Source: Burkholderiales bacterium
GTDB lineage: Bacteria; Pseudomonadota; Gammaproteobacteria; Burkholderiales; SG8-41
DNA: 64,000 nt
Direction of reading: 5' to 3'
NCBI GenBank assembly: GCA_035525455.1
Contig: DATLEF010000050.1
Coordinates: forward strand, 7,108-71,107
Shown: piece after piece, positions 11,932 through 21,495 of the stretch
Layout: every line of letters starts with the position of its first letter
How positions within the stretch are numbered: position 1 is the stretch's first letter
Position numbers and translations under genes: made by a program
The notes under the pieces: model-generated
What the model saw: only the letters and a program-made list of their open reading frames with translations
The model's database searches: none
Told to the model about the DNA's origin: nothing

Positions 11932-13478
11932 GGCGTGCGCTCCCCCAGCGCCGCGCGCACGACAGCGGCATCGCTGTACGGATGTCGCACGCCCGCGATT
12001 TCCTGGTATTGCTCGTGTCCTTTGCCTGCGACGAGGACGACGTCGCCGGGGCGCGTGCCCGCAATCGCGCTGCGGATCGCATTGGTCCGATCGGCCATCA
12101 CCGTACACTGTCCATTCGCGCCTTCGAGTATGTCGGCGATGATCGAGTCGGGCCGTTCGCTCCGCGGGTTGTCGCTCGTCACGATGACTTCGTCGGCGAG
12201 ATGCGTCGCGATGCGCCCCATCACCGGCCGTTTGCCGCGATCGCGATCTCCACCGCAGCCGAAGACGCACACGAGCTTGCCGCGCGACTGCGCTGAGGTC
12301 ATGAGCTCGCGTAGCGCCATCAACACGTTCGCCAGAGCGTCAGGCGTATGCGCGTAATCGACCACGACGAGCGGCCGCCGGCGGCCGCCGTAACGCTCCG
12401 TGCGGCCCGGGACGGGCGTGACCTTTTCGAGTGCGGCGATCGATTCTTCGAGGCGGCTGTCGCTCGCAAGCAGCACCGCCAGCGTGCCGAGCAGATTGGC
12501 CGCATTGAAGCGTCCCACCAGCGGGCTCTTGATCGCGCTCACGCCCCACGGCGTCGCCACTTCGAACGCAAGCCCTTCGGCACCCATGCGCAGGTTCCGC
12601 CCGACGAGTCTTTGCACGCGCCGGCCGCGCAGCGCGAGCGGCAGGGTTCGATTGAATCCATACCCGAGAACAGAGATGCCGCGCTGCTGTGTCGGTTCTA
12701 CGAGCTGCGCGCCGAAACGGTCGTCGAGATTGAGCACCGCATACTTCAACGTCGGAAAGCGAAAGAGACGCGCCTTGGCGCTGCGGTAAGCGCGCATCGT
12801 GCCGTGATAATCGAGATGGTCGCGAGTTAGATTGGTGAGAAGCGCGACATCGAATTCCACGCCGGCGACGCGGTCCTGCGCGAGCCCGTGAGAAGAGACT
12901 TCCATGCTGACGGCGCGCGCGCGCTGGCGCACGAAATCGCGTAGCCGCCCCTGCAGCCACAGTGCATCGGGCGTCGTGTTGACGGCAGGCTCGAGCTTAC
13001 CCGGCCAGCCGCTGCCCAACGTGCCGATGACGCCGCACCGGCGTTGAAGGCGCGTAAGCGACTGAGCGACCCAATGGCTGCACGAGGTCTTGCCATTGGT
13101 GCCGGTGATGCCGACGGTCCAAAGCCGCGCGCTGGGATGTCGATACACTTCGGCTGCAATCTCGCCCGCATGGCGCCGCAAGTTCTCGACCGGAACGTTG
13201 GTCACTTTCCACGCTCGGCGCCACGCGAAATCACGCTTCTCCCAAATGACCGAAGCGGCGCCGCGGCCGATGGCGTCCGCGATGAACTGGCGGCCATCAC
13301 GCGCCTCCCCTGGATAAGCGACGAACGTATCTCCGGGCACGACCTGTCGGCTGTCGCTCACGACTCGCGTCGCCGCCAGCGCCTCGATGGCGGACCAGTC
13401 GATCGATGACGCGCGTGAAGCCGCACCGAGCCTCTGAACGCTGACATCTGAGATCTGCCTTCCTGGCGCCGCGTTCAC
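11928..13478 (-). CDS. murE: UDP-N-acetylmuramoyl-L-alanyl-D-glutamate--2,6-diaminopimelate ligase
   Basis: 516-aa ORF with the P-loop GITGTNGKTS and the DNPR motif (TSDNPRSE), which is associated with meso-DAP-adding MurE enzymes. Confidence 0.95.
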   Translation of the reverse strand: MNAAPGRQISDVSVQRLGAASRASSIDWSAIEALAATRVVSDSRQVVPGDTFVAYPGEARDGRQFIADAIGRGAASVIWEKRDFAWRRAWKVTNVPVENLRRHAGEIAAEVYRHPSARLWTVGITGTNGKTSCSHWVAQSLTRLQRRCGVIGTLGSGWPGKLEPAVNTTPDALWLQGRLRDFVRQRARAVSMEVSSHGLAQDRVAGVEFDVALLTNLTRDHLDYHGTMRAYRSAKARLFRFPTLKYAVLNLDDRFGAQLVEPTQQRGISVLGYGFNRTLPLALRGRRVQRLVGRNLRMGAEGLAFEVATPWGVSAIKSPLVGRFNAANLLGTLAVLLASDSRLEESIAALEKVTPVPGRTERYGGRRRPLVVVDYAHTPDALANVLMALRELMTSAQSRGKLVCVFGCGGDRDRGKRPVMGRIATHLADEVIVTSDNPRSERPDSIIADILEGANGQCTVMADRTNAIRSAIAGTRPGDVVLVAGKGHEQYQEIAGVRHPYSDAAVVRAALGERTP

Positions 13479-15205
13479 ACTTCTTCCTTCACTTCAGGCG
13501 CGCTCGGGGGCGGCAGCACGACGTTGTTCACGGGCGCATCCGGAGGCACCGCAAGGATGCGCAGCGCGCCTGCCATGACCTGGCTGAAAACAGGTGCTGC
13601 AACCGCGCCTCCGTAATGCTGCCCCGCGGACGGTTCGTCGATCATCACCGCAACGATCAGTCGCGGCTTCGACGCGGGCGCAAAACCGACGAACGACGAG
13701 ATGAATTTGTTGGCATAGCTGCGGCCTTCGAGCTTGTGCGCGGTGCCGGTCTTGCCGCCCACGCGGTAGCCTGGAATCTGCGCTTTGGGCGCCGTGCCGC
13801 CCGGCTGCACCGCGAGCTCGAGCATCGCGCGCACCGCGCGCGCCGTTTCGGGTTTGAGCGCGTGCGTCATATCGGCTGACGCTTCGCGCTTCACCAGCGT
13901 GAGCGGCGCAAGCTCGCCGTCGTTCGCGAATATCGTGTAAGCCCGCGCAAGCTGCAGGAGCGACACCGAAATGCCATGTCCGTAGGACATCGTCGCCTGC
14001 TCGATCGGTTTCCAGGACGCGTGCGCGCGCAGCCGTCCAGGTACTTCTCCCGGAAATCCCGAATCGGGCACCGCGCCGAATCCCACCTGGTTGAACAACG
14101 TCCACATGGTTTGGGCGGGAAGCGAAAGCGCGATCTTGGCCGCACCGATGTTCGAGGATTTCTGAATCACCTGCGATACAGTCAGCGCGCCATGGGGGTG
14201 CGCGTCGTGGATCGTGCGATTGCCGATGGTGAGTTGACCGGGGCTCGTCTGGATGACCGATTCCGGCTTCACCACGCCCGCCTCGAGCGCCGCCGCCGCA
14301 GTGAACGGCTTCAGGGTGGAGCCGGGCTCGAATAAGTCGGTCACGGTGCGATTGCGCGTGCGCCGCGGATCGAGCTTGCCCCGATTGTTCGGGTTGTACG
14401 ACGGCAAGTTCGCCATCGCGAGCACTTCACCGGTCTGGCTGTCGAGCACTACGATGCCGCCGGCTTTCGCGCGATGATCGTTCACCGCGTTTTTCAGCTC
14501 GCGAAACGCCAGGTACTGGATGCGCGCATCGATCGAGAGTGCGAGCTTCGCGCCGTCCTGTGGATTGCGGATGCTCTCGACGTCTTCGACGATATGTCCG
14601 CGGCGGTCCTTGATCACGCGGCGGCTGCCCGCCTTGCCGCTCAAGTCGGACTCGAACGCGAGCTCGAGCGCCTCCTGGCCCTTGTCGTCGACATCGGTGA
14701 AGCCGATGAGGTGCGCGGTCACTTCCCCCGCCGGGTAATAACGCCGGTACTCGCGCTGCAGAAATACGCCCGGAATGCTCAGCTCGACCACTTTCGCCGC
14801 GTGCTCGGGAGGAAGCTGACGCTTGAGATAGACGAACTCGCGCTTCGTCTCCGCGAACCTGCGTTTGATATCGGCGACGTCGAGCTCGAGCAGATTCGCG
14901 AGCTTTACCATCTGCTCGGCTGAAATCTCAACGTCCGCGGGACTGGCGGCGACCGATTCCACCGGCGTGGAGATCGCGAGCGGTTCGTTGTTGCGATCGA
15001 CGATCATTCCCCGGGTCGCGGTGAGTGTGAGCGCGCGCGCATAACGCGCCTCGCCTTTTTCCTGCAGAAAATCGTTGTGCAGACCCTGCAGATAGACCGC
15101 GCGCGCGGCGAGCGCGATGAACCAGCTCACGAGCAACATCAGCACCAGACGCGAGCGCCAGGGCGGGAACTTGAGCGCAAGCGCAGGAGACGCCGCGAGG
15201 TTCAT
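13475..15205 (-). CDS. ftsI: Peptidoglycan D,D-transpeptidase FtsI (PBP3)
   Basis: 576-aa ORF with an N-terminal TM segment and the class B PBP motifs STLKP (SxxK), SSN and KTGT. It sits between ftsL and murE. Confidence 0.96.
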   Translation of the reverse strand: MNLAASPALALKFPPWRSRLVLMLLVSWFIALAARAVYLQGLHNDFLQEKGEARYARALTLTATRGMIVDRNNEPLAISTPVESVAASPADVEISAEQMVKLANLLELDVADIKRRFAETKREFVYLKRQLPPEHAAKVVELSIPGVFLQREYRRYYPAGEVTAHLIGFTDVDDKGQEALELAFESDLSGKAGSRRVIKDRRGHIVEDVESIRNPQDGAKLALSIDARIQYLAFRELKNAVNDHRAKAGGIVVLDSQTGEVLAMANLPSYNPNNRGKLDPRRTRNRTVTDLFEPGSTLKPFTAAAALEAGVVKPESVIQTSPGQLTIGNRTIHDAHPHGALTVSQVIQKSSNIGAAKIALSLPAQTMWTLFNQVGFGAVPDSGFPGEVPGRLRAHASWKPIEQATMSYGHGISVSLLQLARAYTIFANDGELAPLTLVKREASADMTHALKPETARAVRAMLELAVQPGGTAPKAQIPGYRVGGKTGTAHKLEGRSYANKFISSFVGFAPASKPRLIVAVMIDEPSAGQHYGGAVAAPVFSQVMAGALRILAVPPDAPVNNVVLPPPSAPEVKEEV

Positions 15206-15486
15206 CGCACCTCCTCAGCCAAGGCCTGGGGCGCAACGATCTGAATACGCGAGCCGGGCGCGACGCGCATCCCTAAGTTGCGTGCGGCTATTTTCTCGAT
15301 GCGCGCGTGCGTGGCCCACGTGCTTTGCTCGAGCTGGAGCTGTCCCCACTCAATGTCGAGCTGCTTCGCAAGCTCCTGTTCTCTTTGCAGCTCAACGTAG
15401 AGTTTGCGTGCCTGATGTTGTGACGTGACGATAAGCAGCGCACACGCAATAACGAGGATGAGCAGCACGAGATTGAAGCGTGTCAT
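15202..15486 (-). CDS. ftsL: Cell division protein FtsL
   Basis: 94 aa starting at [20 protein letters not shown] (15486), inside a longer Arg-rich ORF. It has a single TM segment followed by a coiled-coil-like region ([22 protein letters not shown]). It has 4-nt overlaps with rsmH and ftsI. Confidence 0.88.
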   Translation of the reverse strand: MTRFNLVLLILVIACALLIVTSQHQARKLYVELQREQELAKQLDIEWGQLQLEQSTWATHARIEKIAARNLGMRVAPGSRIQIVAPQALAEEVR

Positions 15487-16439
15487 GGCGCGCTCGACCC
15501 CTGCCCGAGTTCCCGGCTCGCGCCGAGTCGTTCGGCGACGCGCATGATGGCGCTGCGCGCTCGCGGATTGCGCTCGATCTCGGCGTCCGACGCTCGGCGC
15601 GCCTTGCCCAGGGTGCGCAGCTTCGGCTGCGGCAGATCGCGCGCGCGCACCGCAAGGCGCGGCGGCAGCGTATCTGCGCGCGCATGCTCGCGCAGAAAAC
15701 GCTTCACGATCCGGTCTTCGAGCGAGTGAAAGCTGATTACCACGAGCCTGCCGCCCGGGTCGAGGAGCTCGACGCATTGCGGCAGGACTAGCGACAGTTC
15801 CTGAAGCTCCTGATTGACGTGAATCCGTACAGCTTGAAACGTACGCGTCGCCGGATCCTGACGTGGCTCGCGCGTGGGAACGGCTTCTGCCACGAGCGCG
15901 GCAAGCTGGCGTGTGGTACCCAGCGCTCCGCGCTCCCGAGCCGCAACAATCGCTGCTGCAATCTGTTTAGCAAACCGTTCTTCGCCATAGGTCTTGATTA
16001 CCTCCCGGATTTCGGATTCGGTCGCCGTCGCCAGCCATTGCGCAGCCGTCGCTCCCGTGGTGGTGTCCATGCGCATGTCGAGCGGCGCATCGCGCCGAAA
16101 GCTGAACCCGCGCGCTTCATCGAGTTGCGGCGAAGACACGCCGAGATCGAGCAGGATGCCGCGCACGCGCGCGATGCCAAGGTGAGCGAGCAGGCCCGCG
16201 AGTCGCCCGAACGCACGGTGAACGATGGTGAAGCGCGGGTCGTCGATTTCTGCAGCCGCCTCCACCGCCTCGGGATCGCGGTCGAGCGCGACGAGACGGC
16301 CTTCGGACCCAAGGCGCGCGAGTATGAGACGGCTGTGACCGCCGCGGCCGAAGGTGCAGTCGACGTATGTTCCGGCACGCTGCACATCGAGCGCGTCTAC
16401 GGCCTCGTGCAGGAGGACTGCGGTGTGCGCGTCGCTCAC
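15483..16439 (-). CDS. rsmH: 16S rRNA (cytosine1402-N4)-methyltransferase RsmH (MraW)
   Basis: Motifs [23 protein letters not shown] and [12 protein letters not shown] are present. I chose the GTG start at 16439 ([10 protein letters not shown]) because it forms a GTGA overlap with the mraZ stop. The listed ORF runs on to 16529. Confidence 0.92.
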   Translation of the reverse strand: MSDAHTAVLLHEAVDALDVQRAGTYVDCTFGRGGHSRLILARLGSEGRLVALDRDPEAVEAAAEIDDPRFTIVHRAFGRLAGLLAHLGIARVRGILLDLGVSSPQLDEARGFSFRRDAPLDMRMDTTTGATAAQWLATATESEIREVIKTYGEERFAKQIAAAIVAARERGALGTTRQLAALVAEAVPTREPRQDPATRTFQAVRIHVNQELQELSLVLPQCVELLDPGGRLVVISFHSLEDRIVKRFLREHARADTLPPRLAVRARDLPQPKLRTLGKARRASDAEIERNPRARSAIMRVAERLGASRELGQGSSAP

Positions 16440-16882
16440 AGGGAGAAGCCTTCGAGCTCCGGCGGGAGGCCTCCGGCATTGAACCCGCCTGCCTTGGCTA
16501 TCATCTGCTCCCAGTTCTCCTTGTTCCAAAGCTCGAACTTCTTTCCCTGTCCCACCAGCACCACCGCTTTGTCGAGCTGGGCGTATTCGCGCAACGCTGG
16601 TGAAATCAATACCCGCCCCGCTCCATCCATGTCGACGTCAACCGCAAAACCGATGAGACGCCGTTGCAATTCGCGGACGCGCGGGTCGAGATTGGAAAGG
16701 CCTTCGAGCTTTTGCTGGATCAACTCCCAGTCGGGCAGGGGATAGACCAGCAGGCAGCGGTCGGCGTCTGCCGTGATGACCAGATGTCCAGCACAGCGCT
16801 CCATAAGCGCGTCACGGTGCCGCGCGGGCACTGCCAGACGGCCTTTAACATCCAGATTTAACTGAGAAATACCCCGGAACAC
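16436..16882 (-). CDS. mraZ: Transcriptional regulator MraZ
   Basis: 148-aa ORF with a GTG start preceded by GAGGGAG. It has two SpoVT/AbrB-like halves ([10 protein letters not shown] and [11 protein letters not shown]). It is the first gene of the dcw cluster. Confidence 0.95.
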   Translation of the reverse strand: MFRGISQLNLDVKGRLAVPARHRDALMERCAGHLVITADADRCLLVYPLPDWELIQQKLEGLSNLDPRVRELQRRLIGFAVDVDMDGAGRVLISPALREYAQLDKAVVLVGQGKKFELWNKENWEQMIAKAGGFNAGGLPPELEGFSL

Positions 16883-16931
16883 GCGCGCTCCCTCGCGATG
16901 GCAAAAAGGAAGGGAGCTATATTAATTTTCT

Positions 16932-16956
16932 CCCACTTTCTACCACTTCATCCCAC
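16932..16956 (-). promoter_or_regulatory. Three direct GTGGG/GTGGT/GTGGG repeats with exact 10-bp phasing (putative MraZ operator)
   Basis: The minus strand reads AGTGGGatgaAGTGGTagaaAGTGGGagaa. On the plus strand, cccac/accac/cccac start at 16932, 16942 and 16952. The repeats overlap and follow the -10 element. They match the published MraZ box (TGGGN direct repeats with 5-nt spacers). Confidence 0.6.
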
Positions 16957-16983
16957 TATATTGAAAACTTGGGAGGGGGTCAA
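16955..16983 (-). promoter_or_regulatory. Putative sigma70 promoter of the dcw cluster (Pmra)
   Basis: The minus strand reads TTGACC (16983..16978), then a 17-nt spacer, then TATAGT (16960..16955). This lies about 70 nt upstream of the mraZ GTG. Confidence 0.6.
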
Positions 16984-17149
16984 GCTAAATCGACCCTGTT
17001 TCTCTCGTCGCGACAAAGACTTACCGCATCCTGCTCAAGTGAAAGCAACAGACGTCGACCAAACTTCTTTTGGGCAAGGTACTAAAGGGCGTACTTAAAG
17101 TAGAACCTTAAGTACGGGGAGGTGGGAAATCGTAATAACAACGGAAAAG

Positions 17150-17577
17150 GCGAAGCTGGCCGATAAGCCGGGTTCTGTCGTGGACAGCCATTCCTCTGGG
17201 CCGGGGATTACTCCACGGCTCAAGCCACCTACCCGCGAGCTCGGCGGGTCGCGTCATCGCTCGCCTATTTGGTGTTGCTCCCGGTAGAGGTTGCCGCGTT
17301 TCACCCTTGAAGCTAGTAAGCACTAACCTCAAGACTCGTCTCTGTGGCCCTATTCCTCGTCTTCGACGCCCGCGCCTCGCTGTAGGTCGGGTGTGTCGCC
17401 ACACCCTTCTTTAAGCGAGACTTTGCTGCTTTGCAGCAGCAAAGTCGCAAACGCCTCGACGGACGGGTGTTACCCGCTACCGTACCCTGCGGAGCCCGGA
17501 CTTTCCTCCACGCGCGGCCCCGACGAAAACAAAACGCCGGTTAAACCCGCACGCAGCGGCTGCCTGGCCAGCTTCGC
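17150..17577 (-). ncRNA. rnpB: RNase P RNA, bacterial type A
   Basis: The minus strand begins GAAGCUGGCCAGGCAGCC and ends ACAGAACCCGGCUUAUCGGCCAGCUUC, so P1 pairing is possible. It contains the universally conserved GGAGGAAAGUCCGGGCUCC (P4/CR-I) and AGGGUGAAA elements. Ends are approximate, within about 5 nt. Confidence 0.93.
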
Positions 17578-17682
17578 ACCGTAGTTTAACAAGCGCGGCT
17601 GCCCTAAGTTCCTGCAACTGGGCGCGAATTTTGCGGTTCTAACTTATTGGGCCGGCACATCGCCCGGCCGGAGGGAGGAATC

Positions 17683-18201
17683 ATGCTGATGCGGCGTAGG
17701 CTCTACTTCGTGCTCCCCGATGTGGCGAGCGCGCGGTCGATGCTCAACGAAATGCTGCTCGCCCGTATCGAAGTGAAGCACATCCACTTCCTGTCGCGGC
17801 GCGACACGTTGCCGGACGATTTGCCCGAAGCGAACGTCCTGCAAAAAACGGACATCGTGCACGGCGCGCAGATGGGCATAGGTATCGGCGGTATCGTCGG
17901 CGCAGTCGCGGGCGCGTTGGTTGTTTTCTTCCCGCCCGAAGGCGTCACGCTGAAGCTCTTTACCATTCTTGTCGTCGCGATTGCCGGTGCGCTCTTCGGT
18001 GCGTGGGCCTCCAGCATGGTCGCGAGCTCGGTACCGAATTCGCGCCTCAAAGCTTTCCAGCGCGACATGGCAGCGGGCAAGGTGCTGATGATGATCGACG
18101 TGCCAATGTCGCGCGTTCAGGAGATCTGCGAGCTCGTTTCGAGCAAGCATCCTGAAGCAGCGTCGGGCGGTTTCGAGCCGACGATACCCGCGTTTCCGTA
18201 A
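17683..18201 (+). CDS. Hypothetical inner-membrane protein with two Gly/Ala-zipper TM segments
   Basis: Start at ATG 17683, with GGAGG 4 nt upstream, inside ORF 17647..18201. Hydrophobic segments are GIGIGGIVGAVAGALVVFF and FTILVVAIAGALFGAWASSMVA, flanked by two soluble halves of about 50 aa each. I do not recognise a family with certainty. Confidence 0.75.
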   Translation: MLMRRRLYFVLPDVASARSMLNEMLLARIEVKHIHFLSRRDTLPDDLPEANVLQKTDIVHGAQMGIGIGGIVGAVAGALVVFFPPEGVTLKLFTILVVAIAGALFGAWASSMVASSVPNSRLKAFQRDMAAGKVLMMIDVPMSRVQEICELVSSKHPEAASGGFEPTIPAFP

Positions 18202-18240
18202 CACTGTTACGGGCCGCGGGGCCGTCGGCTTGGCGGTGAA

Positions 18241-18295
18241 CGAACAGAGGGAAACCCATGGTTTCCCTCCGTAACCTCCCCTTCCTTCGGCTCGC
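18241..18295 (+). repeat. Intergenic hairpin repeat, copy A
   Basis: Sequence is cgaacaGAGGGAAACCcatGGTTTCCCTCcgtaacctccccttccttcggctcgc, with a perfect 10-bp stem and a 3-nt loop. The first 47 nt recur inverted at 34862..34908 with 46/47 identity. Confidence 0.85.
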
Positions 18296-18330
18296 TACGC
18301 TCTCTCCGCTGCCTAGGTCACGGGAGCAAC

Positions 18331-18380
18331 GGAGGAAACCAGTTGGTTTCTCTCCGTTACCTCCCTTCCTTCGGCTCGCC
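18331..18380 (+). repeat. Intergenic hairpin repeat, copy B (degenerate tandem neighbour of copy A)
   Basis: Sequence is ggaggaaaccagttggtttctctccgttacctcccttccttcggctcgcc. It aligns with copy A along its full length with several substitutions and one indel, in the same orientation, about 90 bp downstream. Confidence 0.7.
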
Positions 18381-18388
18381 GCCTTCGC

Positions 18389-19429
18389 TTACACGAGGCG
18401 CCAGCGTATCGTCTCACCCGCCTTGAACGGAACGAGGGTCTCCGCGCCGAACGATAGCTCCGCTGGAATCGTCTCGTCGGTTTTTTCGAGCGTGATACGG
18501 TCAGCGTTTTGAGGCAGGCCATAGAAGTCTGGGCCGTACCGGCTCGCGAAGTTTTCCAGTCTGGCGAGCGCACCGGCATCATCGAATGCCTCGGCATACA
18601 GCTCGATACCCGCATGCGCGGTGTAGATGCCGGCGCACCCGCACGCAGTCTCTTTCGTGTGACGCGCGTGCGGTGCGCTGTCCGTGCCCAGGAAAAACTT
18701 TGGATTGCCGCTCGTTGCCGCGTCAATAAGTGCTTCGCGATGCACTTCACGCTTGATGATCGGCAGGCAATACAGATGCGGCCGCACGCCGCCCGCGAAC
18801 AGCGCGTTGCGGTTGAGCAGCAGATGATGCGCCGTAATCGTCGCCGCAATATTCGAACGGGCGTTGCGCACGAACTGGGCAGCTTCGCGGGTGGTGATGT
18901 GCTCGACGACAATTTTCAGCGCCGGAAAGCGCGCCGTGAGCGGTACCAGCACGCGCTCGAGAAACACCCGCTCGCGATCGAAGACGTCGACCGCGGGATC
19001 GGTCACCTCACCATGCACGAGCAGCGGCATACCGTGCTTGCTCATGGCTTCGAAAACGGCATCACAGCGCGCGAGATCCGTGACGCCCGAATCGGAATTG
19101 GTTGTCGCGCCCGCCGGGTAGTATTTCACCGCGTGCACGGCACCGCTCGCTTTGGCCCGTGCAATCTCGTCGGCGTGCGTCTCGTCGGTGAGATAAAGCG
19201 TCATCAGCGGTTCGAACCGTGAACCTGCCGGCATCGCTGCCATGACGCGGTCCCTGTACGCGAGCGCCGCTGCGGTCGTGGTCACCGGCGGCCGCAGATT
19301 GGGCATGACGATCGCGCGCCCGAATCGCTTCGCTGTATCGCCGAGCACCGCGCGCATGTGCTCCCCGTCGCGCAGATGCAAATGCCAGTCGTCGGGCCGC
19401 GTGATCGTGATGCGTTGCATGCGCGTCAA
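18389..19429 (-). CDS. pyrC: Dihydroorotase, homodimeric (class II) type
   Basis: 346-aa ORF. It has [12 protein letters not shown] (the HxH metal site) and a length typical of PyrC-type dihydroorotase. Confidence 0.93.
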   Translation of the reverse strand: MTRMQRITITRPDDWHLHLRDGEHMRAVLGDTAKRFGRAIVMPNLRPPVTTTAAALAYRDRVMAAMPAGSRFEPLMTLYLTDETHADEIARAKASGAVHAVKYYPAGATTNSDSGVTDLARCDAVFEAMSKHGMPLLVHGEVTDPAVDVFDRERVFLERVLVPLTARFPALKIVVEHITTREAAQFVRNARSNIAATITAHHLLLNRNALFAGGVRPHLYCLPIIKREVHREALIDAATSGNPKFFLGTDSAPHARHTKETACGCAGIYTAHAGIELYAEAFDDAGALARLENFASRYGPDFYGLPQNADRITLEKTDETIPAELSFGAETLVPFKAGETIRWRLV

Positions 19430-19525
19430 ATGTCAGAGGTCAGGAGGCAGAACTCGGTCGGGCGCTGCGGCCCGAGCGAGTATTCAGCGAGGATAACACC
19501 CGCCTAAAAGCCCCGCTAAGGCCCA

Positions 19526-20443
19526 TCATCCCCGGCGTTTCGTTCTCTCGCCTGCGTTCTCGCGAAACTCGAGTGCAAGCGCGTAGAGCTCATTTTTTCT
19601 GGCGCCGGTGATGCGCGCTGCAAGAGCCGCAGCCTGTTTCACCGGCAATTCATCGAGCAGAATCTTCAGAGTCCGGGTCGCTTCGCCGAGCACCGCCGCG
19701 TCCCGATGCGGCGCCCCTTCGACAATCAGAACGAATTCGCCCTTGATGCGGTCGGTATCGGCACGGAGCCAGGCTTCGGCCTCGCCCAGAGCGCACTCGT
19801 GTATGGTTTCGAAAAGCTTGGTGATCTCTCGCGCGATGAGGAGACGTCGCGACACACCAAGCGCTTGAGCGAGATCCGCGACGGCTTCGATCACCCGATG
19901 CGGCGCCTCATAAAACACAAGCATATAGGGCAAAGACGCAATGCCTTCGAGCGCGTTTCGACGTTCGCCGGCTTTCGCAGGCAGAAAACCATAGAACAGG
20001 AAATGCGCGCCGGCGAGTCCGCTTACCGAAAGCGCGGCAGCGGCGGCGTTCGGGCCCGGAATCGGAATGACCGGGAAACCCGCTTCGCGTACCGCCGCGA
20101 CAACTCGCGCGCCCGGATCCGAGAATGCAGGCGTCCCAGCGTCGCTCACGAGCGCGACCGAACGCCCGGCATCGAGTTGCGCGATCACCTGCGGCGCCGT
20201 GCGTTGCTCGTTGTGCTCGTGCAGCGCGATCAACCTCTTCGCGGCGATGGCGTAGTGGTTGAGGAGCTTCGAAGTGATCCGCGTGTCTTCGGCCGCGATC
20301 ACATCGACGTTTCTGAGAACTTCCAGCGCCCGAAAAGTGAGGTCCTTCAGGTTACCGATGGGTGTGGCGACTACATATAATGAGGCTCCAGGACTCTTAG
20401 TCGCCCGCCCGGTATCGTCCTCATGTCCCGCCGCGCGCCGCAT
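19526..20443 (-). CDS. rsmI: 16S rRNA (cytidine1402-2'-O)-methyltransferase RsmI
   Basis: LYVVATPIGNLKDLTFRALEVL...AAEDTR is the tetrapyrrole-methylase-fold N-terminus typical of RsmI. The gene is divergent from yraN, as in enterobacteria. The exact start is uncertain. Confidence 0.9.
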   Translation of the reverse strand: MRRAAGHEDDTGRATKSPGASLYVVATPIGNLKDLTFRALEVLRNVDVIAAEDTRITSKLLNHYAIAAKRLIALHEHNEQRTAPQVIAQLDAGRSVALVSDAGTPAFSDPGARVVAAVREAGFPVIPIPGPNAAAAALSVSGLAGAHFLFYGFLPAKAGERRNALEGIASLPYMLVFYEAPHRVIEAVADLAQALGVSRRLLIAREITKLFETIHECALGEAEAWLRADTDRIKGEFVLIVEGAPHRDAAVLGEATRTLKILLDELPVKQAAALAARITGARKNELYALALEFRENAGERTKRRG

Positions 20444-20535
20444 TTGTGGCCATTCTTGCTTTTCGATACGGCGGTACTATACGGACCGCCCGGAGCGTGC
20501 GCCAGCGAAGGGACAACCACGGGTGAGGCCGGACC

Positions 20536-20877
20536 GTGACCCGGCGCGGCGTCGAAGCGGAAGCCATGGCCGCGGCATTTCTCGAGCGCAAAGGGTTGAG
20601 GGTGCTCGAGTGCAATTATCGCTGCCGGCTGGGAGAGATCGACCTCGTCGCACGCGACGGCGCCACGACCGTGTTCGTCGAAGTGCGGCGGCGCGCGTCC
20701 TCCGCTTTCGGCGGCGCAGCCGCGAGTATCACCCGGGCCAAGCGCCTGCGGCTGGTGAAAGCCGCGCGACATTATCTTTCGCGCCTGGGAACTTTTCCGC
20801 CCTGCCGTTTCGACGCGCTGCTTATCGAAGGCGATCCGCCGCGCATCGAATGGATCCGCGATGCGTTTGGTGAGTGA
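20536..20877 (+). CDS. yraN: YraN family (UPF0102) endonuclease-like protein
   Basis: 113-aa ORF with AEAMAAAFLERKGLRVLECNYRCRLGEIDLVARDG..VFVEVRRR, a PD-(D/E)xK-like pattern typical of YraN. It has conserved synteny with rsmI and diaA. Confidence 0.88.
   Translation: MTRRGVEAEAMAAAFLERKGLRVLECNYRCRLGEIDLVARDGATTVFVEVRRRASSAFGGAAASITRAKRLRLVKAARHYLSRLGTFPPCRFDALLIEGDPPRIEWIRDAFGE

Positions 20878-21494
<617 letters not shown>

Positions 21495-21495
<1 letters not shown>

Noticed and set aside
16898-17098. A 66-aa plus-strand ORF in the mraZ-rnpB spacer
   Set aside because: It runs through the Pmra promoter and MraZ boxes on the opposite strand. It has no SD, an atypical composition and no similarity to anything I recognise.
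17108-17584. ORFs 17108..17404 (-) and 17393..17584 (+)
   Set aside because: Both lie entirely within the RNase P RNA gene.
18047-18259. A 70-aa minus-strand ORF starting at the repeat-encoded SD-ATG (MGFPLFVHRQ...)
   Set aside because: It is mostly antisense to the 3' end of the membrane-protein gene. Only the first 7 codons are shared with the equivalent ORF at copy C, so the conservation is explained by the repeat itself.
18241-18380. Two adjacent repeat copies, considered as a possible mini-CRISPR array
   Set aside because: There are only two tandem copies, they are diverged from each other, the ~35-nt spacer is not flanked by identical repeats, and there are no cas genes. The third copy is solitary and inverted.
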